A stretch of DNA of 64,000 nt from Anthoceros angustus (Eukaryota; Plantae; Anthocerotophyta): NCBI GenBank assembly GCA_010909165.1, contig VJWM01000063.1:992001-1056000 (forward strand), in the 5' to 3' direction. Positions within the stretch are counted from its first letter, which is position 1. Each line of letters opens with the position of its first letter. The notes under the pieces are model-generated. The model was not told the DNA's origin. It saw nothing but the letters and a program-made list of their open reading frames with translations, and ran no database searches. Made by a program: the position numbers and the translations under genes. Below, in pieces: positions 25,686 to 36,400 of the stretch.

Positions 25686-27517
25686 ATGCAAAGAGGTGTG
25701 GCGTAGGCGAGGCGAATGGCGTGTGTAGTTAATGGCGATGGGAGCAACTCTCTGCTACCAATGCCGGGTTTGTAGTTAATAGCATGGCTTGAACTTGAAG
25801 CCGTTGCGAGCATCAATCCTCTAAGGAGGATGAAGGATGGCGGAAGTAGTACGTGAGGCGATTTGCCCATGGAAATCGGAGAAGAAATGGAGCCCAAGGC
25901 TTAGTAAATGGTAATGGGGTGCCAACTCAAAAGTGCGAGCAATGCTCCAAGGAATCGAGAAACATGGGTGATTGGGCGGTCAATTTTTGGGGTAGCAAGT
26001 GGTAATGGGGCAACAAATGGTAATGCCTCTTATGATGGCAAGAGGAGAGTGAAGCACACTTTCAGCAGCGGACACTTTGCTTGAGGCCCCGAGAAGCGGC
26101 GGTCACACTCAAAAGTACTTACGCCTGTGGTGAGTCTCCTTTGGATGAGCCCAAGGCCAAGGGTGCTACCGCTGTGGTGAAGACGGTGTCAAAATTGTGT
26201 CCCTTCAAGAAACACGAATGATCGAACACCGCTCGGCCACTTAGAGCTGGAACTTCATATAAGGATGCAGCACTTGCACTTCACGTTCAAGTGAGGCCTC
26301 CGCATCTTGTAGTAAGCTAAAGGACACGGATAGCGAGCCTCTTCCACATCAACAGTGAAAGTGCTAATGTGGTGAAGAATGTAAGTCGGGATGAGGCGGG
26401 ACGTCATGACAAAGTGAGCAGAGAAAAAATGTCATTGTTCATGGGAAGAGGTGGGCGATGTGGGCGACAAACCTCCGTGTTAGGGGAGAGAATTATGAAT
26501 GGAATCTCCAACAAGGTTGTTCAAAGCTAGTGAAAATGGTCACAAGACAAAGCAAAGTAATGGAGTGGACGGCATAGCCACAAACATAATGGAGTGTTCA
26601 AGGGTTTGCGAAAATGAAGGGTGGATCCAAGGCACGTGAAGAGAAGAAGCAAATGCCCAAAGTGGGCGGATCTCCGCCAAGGTCTATGATAATGGTCAAG
26701 CACCGGCTTGCAAGCAGTCATAGTGACGATGTATCGGGCAATTGAGACAGCTTCTATGGTGAAGGAGTTGTCCAAAATGGTGGCGATGGCCTCATAGTGG
26801 ATAGTAATGGTCATCATGTCATTGAGGCGAGCATGAGCCATGCATCTACCCCAAGCAATCGAGGCTGCGACAAGCAACATGGTGAGTGGAATATCACGTT
26901 TGGTACTATAGTGAATGTGACATAAAGGCATTAGTTGAGAATACAAGTTCGTGAGATGGTGAAAGGAGTTATAGCCCTAAAGCCATCGGTGAAAGTAAGG
27001 AACATGTTAAACCTTCCAGATTGGTTCAAATAGTATAAACGATGATGAGGGGCAATTTCTTGCAAAGGCAATTCCAGATAGTGGGGCAGCCACATTTTAA
27101 ACAGTTGTGAGAAGGAGGAGACATATATACCTCGAGAGATATCTTGGTGCGATCAAGCGTGGAGGAAGCGAAAATAGTCAACCTAAGATCGCACCTAACC
27201 GTCATGCGACAATAAAACTTTATGCTTGGCTCTACCTTTCACTCCTCCATCGGTGTGACTCCTATTCTAAGACCGGCTTTCCACGCCATGTGACAACGGT
27301 TACTCCAGTGCAAGGTGGCCTTGCTCCTCCCAACTGCCACCTCGGTCTCGATCGCGGCTTGACCCCTCTTTTCTCAAGTGTTCAGCTAGTGGTGGTGTCG
27401 ACAAGGCAAGGGTCTTGGGCCGGGAAGAGGGTGATCATGAACCCTAACGCCATGGAATACATCCCAAGGTCAAAGAGGCCCTTGTTGTCCCTTTAAGGAT
27501 GCTGGAATTGGTGAGGC
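25686..27517 (+). pseudogene. REC/TSS last-exon-derived frame, unit 5
   Basis: Collinear match to the REC last exon; PAM2 motif at 27437. Confidence 0.9.
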
Positions 27518-27776
27518 GGCATAAGGAAGGTGTTGGAGCGAGAATGATGGCAAAGATCTCGGTGGGAATTCCACATCGTACAAAGATCCATTCGCCATGT
27601 TTAACAGATTATTAGAGAGTGCAATGTTTGACAGATTATTAGAAAGTTTGCGCAATGTTTGACACAAATGCAATTTTTCTCATCTCAATGCAATACTAGA
27701 TGAAAACAATGAGCTATTAGAAACACCCTAGTTTTGTTTTCCAACAAACAACCCTTCCATGCATGGTTTAGTGAAT

Positions 27777-28427
27777 TCATTCTAAACCTAAACTCACATA
27801 GCAACACACCACCATATGCAGAGACTGAGCTTCCACAAAATATGCCACTTCTCGGTAGCGGTTGATAACAAAAAAAGGAACATGGAGGGGATCTCAATAT
27901 CAAGGTATGGTGTACCGTTCTCATCGTGAGTTTTATGGTGGTTCACGTAAAATGTTTTCCGCGACATAGGACGGAAAGCTTGTATGTCACACACTTGGTG
28001 ACATCGCCACGCAGCCATCCCGCGTGTATTGTTGTCGGTAGGTGTGATACGCACATCTTTATGCATAGAAGATGCGAAGGATTGATGCGTGTCTGAGAGG
28101 AAAATAATGTTGACACACACAACTCACGCCATGATGAGATTGGTACGCCATACCGAGGTGCTTCACAACATCGGAACGGGTTTACAATTGACCCAATAAC
28201 CATACACACATCGTAACTAGAGGCCTCCTATGTCATCGCGGCTTCTGTTGGGAGGCCACATTCTGGTCCCATGGGCCATAAGCACCACAACTGCGGTTAG
28301 GCCTCTCGGTGGTTCACCGGACCCTCATGTCAAGAGCCGTACTAGGACTTGGTCTAAACCATGTCATGGTGGCCATTCTGATCCTCGCTTCACACGGACT
28401 TGGCCTAAACCATGTCATGGTGGCCAT
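27777..28427 (-). pseudogene. AP2-like ORF homologue, array copy 5
   Basis: ORF track 27943..28209 ..HLLCIKMCVSHLPTTIHAGWLRGDVTKCVTYKL. Confidence 0.6.
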
Positions 28428-28852
28428 TTGCGATCCCTGGTTTCACACCGGCGGTGTGGGCCACCTCTTAATTTCACTTATTGATAAATAAAGTGAAATG
28501 TCTTAGGCAAGAGGAGGTGAAAAGGACCCCTTCCTTCGCACCAACACATTCATACCATCTTCTAGAGTCATTATATTTTGTCTTCCACTCTTGTCGGCCT
28601 TCTCTAGTTTGAGTTTATTTTAGGTTGTTAGATTTTCTATTTAAATACATTTTATCATGTTATCCAAGATGGATCCACATACTAGGCATTTATGGATGTG
28701 TTTTATTATTGGGCTTATGTTATATATTACTTTGGAGCTTTGGAGTACACATCATCCATGTGAATGGATTTGTTTTCGCACATCCATGAGTATATGGCTT
28801 CTGCATGATCTCTTTTGCAAGGCAGGATGTCTTTCGCAAGCTGTGCAGGAGG

Positions 28853-28988
28853 AGGATGGAAGTAAGTCATTATTTCAGCAACCACGGCGTGTATAATAGA
28901 AGGATGGAAGTAAGTCAATATTTCAGCAGGAGTATGGAAGCAAGTCAAAATGTCAGCAGGAAGATGGAAGTAAGTCAAGATGTCAGCA
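28853..28988. repeat. ~30-bp minisatellite (ggatggaagtaagtcaa.at.tcagca) just outside the array end
   Basis: Four visible copies, one separated by a short spacer. Confidence 0.85.
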
Positions 28989-30402
28989 ATCACTATGTGT
29001 ATGGAAGGTGGTTGGATGCAAACAAAACTGCCTAATCAATTGCTAGGTTCATGCAGAGCTGAAATGTTCCAACTAAGGGTGCAATTTTGAAAATTCTCAA
29101 CAATATTGCACAATTGATTTAGAACAAAGATACGAATGCTTGCATGGCTATCCCAATACTGGACGCTCACGTAAAATGCTCAGGATGCGTTAAGAGGGAC
29201 ACCCATGGTGAAGCCCTAGACTAATTAGTCCCCTCGAGCTATGGCGAGCTGTTTGAAGTGTCAACACGTAGAAAATCGCGCGCGTACAAAACGCTGTGTC
29301 AATCTAAAAGTACGACGCAGAATACTAGTTTCTGTTATCCCTAGAAGGGTCCAATATGAGTGGCTCGGTCCGGCTGGGGTCTACAGCGTTCAGGACATGT
29401 CGCAATACCGGCCTACAGGGCTCAAAGTGCCGTCCACCCAAGTTTTACTCTGCAATTCCAAAGATGAAGCAAGCCTGAGGTGCTCTCCTATCTCTAACCA
29501 TGCCTGCTTCCACAAAATCAATGTATCTCCCTCAGCACGAGACCCAGTGCACCGAAGTCTGTTCGTATGCTGGTACGTAAGTCAGTTGGTGTGAGCTCCC
29601 ATTTATCGAAGGCATTTCAGATATCCCCAGGAAATGAATGCCACTAACTCGTCGAGGCTTTCGAGAAATGGCCCCAAACCTATCTCGGGTTCATCCACTT
29701 CCATCCTGATCCAGATGGTGCCCTATTTGTGTCACCCTGACAAAGCGAGCTACGCCTCTACAAAATGCGTACGAGCAAAACAGCAGGTAGTATAAGTAAT
29801 GTCAAACCTTAAGTATTGCTGTTATAACAACATAGAGCTGGATAGCCGAAAGTCACCATCACCCGGGTGGCCAGCTTTCATTAGGCACTTCCCTCTCTTC
29901 TCCAACTTTGTAAACAGTCATTCACCGCCATTCACCTCATCTCACAAAATGTTTCTGCGGCAACTGCTCGTTGCCAAGAAATTAAAAGATAGAGGCACCC
30001 TTCCATTATCCCCTACTTTCCATCACCTCACAATCTAAACCAAAAGAAGCTGGGAACCATTCCCAACATTTATTTAACATTTACAGCTTCAAGACTCGGA
30101 GGGTGCATATTAACTTAACCATACTTGCTGCTCCGATTGCTCATTCCAAGAGTGAAGACGCAGATATGCTCAGATGTTGATGCTGTGGGAACCCAGCATC
30201 AGATATCTTCCTGCATCAATACCTGAGCATGTGCTCCCCCCCCGCCCCACCAAAACTTTTTGGCAATTTTCTTCACTCTTCAGGATCCGCAACCATCTGC
30301 TGAATCCAAGGTACTTCCTGACTCTACCGTTCCAAACTCTCAACAGCACCGGCGTTCTGCACTTTCCTCATACCCTGGAGATGATTCACATGTTCCGCTC
30401 TG

Positions 30403-33400
30403 CTAAGAGGAAATTTCTTCAGAATTTCCATAACTTTCAGCTTCTGGATTAAGAGGCGAACTATTATTTGCCTTGCTACTCTCAGTTAACATTGACTCGT
30501 CCTTCCTGCCTTCTGCCACAAGTGTGGCATTCGCAGCCACACTTGGAGAAGGTACAACTGCATCCAAGCCGCTGCCAACATCCTGTGATCCGGCACAAAA
30601 CCTAACTACTCCTGAGCCATCAGAAATGCCTGTACTACCTGACTTGTTAGAAGGTGATGCTGCCTCACCAATTCCCAGCATCCTTGAAGGGACAAACACA
30701 GCAGCATTCGGATTCATTGTCCTGGGGATGTATTCCATGGCATTAGGGTTCATGGTCACCCTCTTCTCGTCCAGGACCCTTGCCTTGTCAACACCACAAC
30801 CACCACTAGCAGAACACTTGAGAAAAGAAGGTTCGGGCTGCACGATAGAGACTGAGGTGGGCAGATTGGGAGGAGCAGGACCACCTTGCACCTGGGAGTG
30901 ACCGTTGCCACAGGCCAGCGGGGGGCCAGTCTTCCTGATTGGAGTCACAGCAATGGTGGTTGGAACTCTGCTCAAGACAGCTGGCCGGACAGTCGAGGCT
31001 GCTGTGACCGGTGCCTTCCCTGCCTTAAAGGGTGTGACAGCTGCTACAACCCGGGTAACAGGCTTCACTGTGGGAGTGAAAGCTGGAGCTGAGGCAGAAA
31101 GTTTTGTTGTCACATGACGGTTGGGTGCAGGTTTCTCCCGGCATGGCTCAGGATGTCCATTATCAACTTCCTCCACAGTTGACTGGACCAATATAAGTCC
31201 CTGACCTCTCTCCTCCTTCCCTGGAATCTGTTCAGGAATGTGGCTGGCCCCACAATCTGGAACTGTCATACCAAAGGACTGCCCCTCAACATCGTTCAAG
31301 CTATTTGAACCAGCCTCTGAGGGAGGTTCAACATATTCCTTGCTTTCACCCAGAGCTTCAGAGCCAGAACTGCTTTCAGTATCTCCTGGAATTGCACTGT
31401 CAGTTGATGCCTCAATGTCACATTCAGCCACTCTACCAAACGTAATATTCCACTCACCACTGTTGCTCGTAGCAGCCTCTGTGCCTGGGGTAGATTCATG
31501 GACCATACTCGCCTCACTGACATGATGGCCATTACTATTCACTATGAGGCCATTTGGCCTGGTACCGTGATCAAACTTCACCTCAGACACAACATTTGCC
31601 CCTTCGCTACGCCCATGCTCAGGGTTACAGGCACCATTCTGGACAACTCCCTTCACCCTAGAAGCATTCCCAACCGCCTTGTATACGTCGTCACTATGCC
31701 CGTTTGCAAGTCCAGCTGCGTGACCATTATCATGTACCTTGGCAGGAGATCCACCCACTTTGGGCTTCTGCTTCTCTTCCCGTACCTTGGATCCACCCTT
31801 CATTTTCCCAAGCTCCTTGAACACTCCATTGTCTTTGTGGCCATGCCTCTCCACTGCATTACTGTGCTTTGTTTTGTGGCCATTATCACTAGCGTTACCA
31901 ACCCCATTGGAGATTCCATTCAGAATCCTCTCCCCTAACACAGGAGGTTTGTCGTTCACATCAAAGTCAACGTCAGCCCACCTCTTCCCAGGAACAATGA
32001 CATTTTTCCCTACCACGTTCACTTTGTCATGAAGTGCCGCCTCATCCTCACTGGCATTCTTCACCACAGAAGTACTTTGAGCCTGCCTATCTGCAAGAGG
32101 CTCGCTATCTGTGTCAGTCACCTTGCCACCAGCATGCGGAGGCCTCACTTCAACGTGAAGTGCAAGAGCTGCATCCTTATACGAAATTCCAGCTCTAGGT
32201 GACCGTGCTGGAGTAGGTTCAGCGGCATTCAAGTTTCTAGAGGGGACACAATTTTCAGACACCGTCTTCACCACAGAGGTGAGAGTACCATTAGTAGCAC
32301 CGTTGGCCTTTGGCTCAACGGAAGGAGAGTCAGCACCAGGCACAACTACTTTAGAGTGTGACTGCTGCTTCCCAGGGGGCCCCAAGCATACCTTCCTTGC
32401 TGTGTCGGAGACATTCGCAAGCGCAGGTGACCCAGGTCTGCTGTTGAGAGCAGGCTTCGCTCTTCTGTTCCTATCATAATAGGCATTACCATTCGCTGCC
32501 CCATTACCATTTGCTACCCCCAAAAATCGCCGTCCTCCAACCTCCCAGGTTTCCCTATTCCCTGTAGTATTCTTCACACCTTGAGTTGGCACCCCGTTAC
32601 CATTGAATGAGCCTTTGGATCCATTTCTTCTCCCATTCCCATGGGCAGATCGCCCCCTATGTGCTGCTTCCTGCCAGCCTTCGTCCTCCTTACTGCTCAC
32701 AGGAGTAACACTGACGGTGGCTTCAAGTTCAGAAGCCATGCCATTGACTACAGACCCAGCGTTGGAAGCCGCAGTAGCATTGCTTCCATCGCCATTAACT
32801 ACAGACACGCCATTCAATTTGCCATGCTCGCCATTAGCTATAGACACGCCGTTCACCTTGCCATGCTCGCCATTAATTACAGACACACTGTTCGCCCTTG
32901 TATACGTCGTCACTATGCCCGTTTGCAAGTCCAGCTGCGTGACCATTATCATGTACCTTGGCAGGAGATCCACCCACTTTGGGCTTCTGCTTCTCTTCCC
33001 GTACCTTGGATCCACCCTTCATTTTCCCAAGCTCCTTGAACACTCCATTGTCTTTGTGGCCATGCCTCTCCACTGCATTACTGTGCTTTGTTTTGTGGCC
33101 ATTATCACTAGCGTTACCAACCCCATTGGAGATTCCATTCAGAATCCTCTCCCCTAACACAGGAGGTTTGTCGTTCACATCAAAGTCAACGTCAGCCCAC
33201 CTCTTCCCAGGAACAATGACATTTTTCCCTACCACGTTCACTTTGTCATGAAGTGCCGCCTCATCCTCACTGGCATTCTTCACCACAGAAGTACTTTGAG
33301 CCTGCCTATCTGCAAGAGGCTCGCTATCTGTGTCAGTCACCTTGCCACCAGCATGCGGAGGCCTCACTTCAACGTGAAGTGCAAGAGCTGCATCCTTATA

Positions 33401-36400
33401 CGAAATTCCAGCTCTAGGTGACCGTGCTGGAGTAGGTTCAGCGGCATTCAAGTTTCTAGAGGGGACACAATTTTCAGACACCGTCTTCACCACAGAGGTG
33501 AGAGTACCATTAGTAGCACCGTTGGCCTTTGGCTCAACGGAAGGAGAGTCAGCACCAGGCACAACTACTTTAGAGTGTGACTGCTGCTTCCCAGGGGGCC
33601 CCAAGCATACCTTCCTTGCTGTGTCGGAGACATTCGCAAGCGCAGGTGACCCAGGTCTGCTGTTGAGAGCAGGCTTCGCTCTTCTGTTCCTATCATAATA
33701 GGCATTACCATTCGCTGCCCCATTACCATTTGCTACCCCAAAATCGTCCTCCAACCTCCCAGGTTTCCCTATTCCCTGTAGTATTCTTCACACCTTGAGT
33801 TGGCACCCCGTTACCATTGAATGAGCCTTTGGATCCATTTCTTCTCCCATTCCCATGGGCAGATCGCCCCCTATGTGCTGCTTCCTGCCAGCCTTCGTCC
33901 TCCTTACTGCTCACAGGAGTAACACTGACGGTGGCTTCAAGTTCAGAAGCCATGCCATTGACTACAGACCCAGCGTTGGAAGCCGCAGTAGCATTGCTTC
34001 CATCGCCATTAACTACAGACACGCCATTCACCTTGCCATGCTCGCCATTAGCTATAGACACGCCGTTCACCTTGCCATGCTCGCCATTAATTACAGACAC
34101 ACTGTTCGCCTTGCTAGTACAGCTGTTTCCCTCTCCATTAACTACAGACACGCCGTCCGCCTTGCCTTCAGAAGCCTTACCATTCGCATTGGCTGGACTG
34201 ATAATCTCTTCCATAATACCCAAGGGTTGACTTTCCATACACATCCCCTCTCCACCTGTCGCGGTTAAATCCCTGGCCTCCGGGAAGACTAAAGAGATAG
34301 AGCTGAGTTCACCGTCCAAACCGGCAGACGTGAGGCCTTCAACAGAGCTCCCTTTCCCTTTACTCTGCAAGACACCGCTCACGACCCGCGGAAAAATGAG
34401 AACCGCGCGAAAGGAAGGCAAATGGGCAAATAAGGAGTAAGCATTCGCACACTAGTGTCGCGAGAAACTCAGTGCACTGAATAGTCCTACATCTGGGGAT
34501 CATACATATACAGAATAGATTGTGAAGACACAAGATATGTTTATCTCGGTAAAGTGCGAGCAGTGGGAGCAAGGACGGCCATAACAGTGCGAGCAAGCTG
34601 ACCTTAATAGCTCTACGGGCGGCTCCTTTAGTAATTCCTCTGTCAGAAACTTCCGAACCGATATATTCTACTAAATCAGCGACGCTGCATGAAGATGAAC
34701 CGAAACCCAAACAAGTGAGAAAAGCTCCAGGCAGGAAGGGAAGGCCGAAGAGATCAGACAAGTTCGAACACATTGGACGGGAAACTACGTACCTAAGATG
34801 ACCTTTAACCGCGATGGACATATCCGCCTTGGGCGTGCCCTTCCTGGCAGCTTCCTGTTGCTCCACAGCCTTGGAGTCGAAGTACTGCAGCCAGGCAGCC
34901 GAATCCTGCATACGTATCACCCGGCGCGAGGCGTGATCTTCCCCGCTAGCTAAAATGGACCGTGTCAGAAACAATGAGTGCACAAGGTGGAAGCCGGCAT
35001 ACCTGAGTGCGGGGATCCTCGGAGCCTAACTTCTCCTCCAAGATTTGCAGCGTCGTCTGCTCGTGCTGCACGCTCAGCGTGTACGCCTCCATCATGGAAA
35101 GCACAATGGCCATGGCATGGAAGCTGGCTGCCGTCTGCAGAGAACCGCAGACCCACAGCGCCGCTCAGCCATGCCCACAACCATGACCGCTCAGGAGCCA
35201 AGCCAGACAGCAGGCAGGCAAGCAAAGCAAGGTCGTGCAAGGCAAGGGAAGGCCAGGCGAGGGACCTAGTGCTCTTTCAGCTGGCAGTACAGTTTTAGGG
35301 CTCAGAGGAGGCGCGGTGAACAGGAAAGCCCGCAGGGGGACGGGAGGAAGAATGCGGGAAGGCAGCAGACAGAAGAAGCAGAGAGAGGAAGGACGACAAC
35401 GTGGGGAATCAGCATCATCAAACTCCCGTCAATAATACCAGCTCCTCGACTGCTGCACGGCATTTCCCCTTTTAAATCGACTCCGGCGGGCTCAACCTAA
35501 CCCTAATTCGTACTATGTACATCTGCTTGTCATTTGGCAATCATGACATGCTTCAAGATGTACATACATGAAAAAATATGTACACACTACACAGGCAGGC
35601 AGGTATTTGTACACATACATACGTACATGCAGGAGTGGGGAGAGACATGGTATGTATGTACAGTACTTAAGTACCTACCTGGGTGTGGTCAGGGCCGAGC
35701 AGGCGCTGGTTGCATGTGAGAGCTTCGTGGAGGTAGCGCAGGGAGATGTGGATGTTGCCCAGGCCTTCCTCCATCATGGCCACATTGATGTAGGTGGCCG
35801 CGCTGTTGGGGTGCGATGGGCCGCATATCAAATGCAACAGGTAAAGCGCACGGGTCACGTACCTGCCACATCCAGGCGCAGGTCACACCCACTCTGCCGC
35901 TCACAGGGCAAGGCACCCGGACAAGTACCACCAGATTCCAGGACATACACAATGCGTGTACATGCATCCATAATGTAGGTGTCCAGCTTACTTGACTGCC
36001 AGTTCCGTGTGTTGCAGGCGATAGTAGAAGACGGCCACGTCGCCGTAGCTCTTAATGGTGTCAGGGTGGTCCAGCCCGAGTTCCCGCTCGTTGATGTCCA
36101 GAGCCTTCTGCTGGTAGATCATGGCCTGGTCGTGGGTGTCAACGTTGCATTAGCCCCACTTGGAGCAAAAGAGTATGCTTAACTACCACATTGCCAAGAC
36201 AGGGCAAGCCAGGATGGCCCAGGGATGCTCACCTGGTTGTAGTCCCCAGTGTGGTAGAGCACCACAGCCAAGAGACTGTACGCTCCTGCTGTCATTCGGT
36301 GGTACGGTCCACACACATACATGAGCTTGTTCAAGGCCTGGTCCCACGAGACGTCGCTCGTTCAGTGAGCTTACGGTTACACAAGTTCAGGGACTTACGT

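Larger units (their letters stand above)
1..28786. repeat. Head-to-tail tandem macro-repeat, ~5.4-kb unit, at least 5 full units plus a partial sixth; continues beyond the left edge
   Basis: The marker ttaggcctct..ggttcac..gaccctcatgtcaagagccgtactagg recurs at 1, 7451, 12863, 18302, 23768 and 28297 (periods 7450, 5412, 5439, 5466, 4529). AT-rich stretches are near-identical between copies. Homology stops abruptly after ...tttcgcacatccat at ~28786. Confidence 0.97.

Noticed and set aside
1-28786. Array as a tandem Helitron, LTR or TIR transposon
   Set aside because: No convincing 5'-TC / hairpin-CTRR-3' junction, no LTR pair, PBS or TIR, and no Rep/helicase, RT or transposase motifs. A ctag|tc at ~1340 (minus strand) has only a weak 4-bp stem nearby.
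1-28786. Array as rDNA or 5S repeat
   Set aside because: No rRNA-like sequence recognised; the content matches protein-coding loci in this window.
30403-33015. 870-aa ORF as an independent gene starting MDPRYGK
   Set aside because: Its N-terminal ~39 aa are an off-frame reading of the duplicated copy across the +1 junction; it is the REC last exon.
30473-34268. Plus-strand ORFs opposite REC, and similar antisense ORFs over the RLK, DUF6817, TOL1 and ZNHIT2 genes
   Set aside because: Antisense shadows of GC-rich or low-complexity coding sequence with no recognisable motifs.
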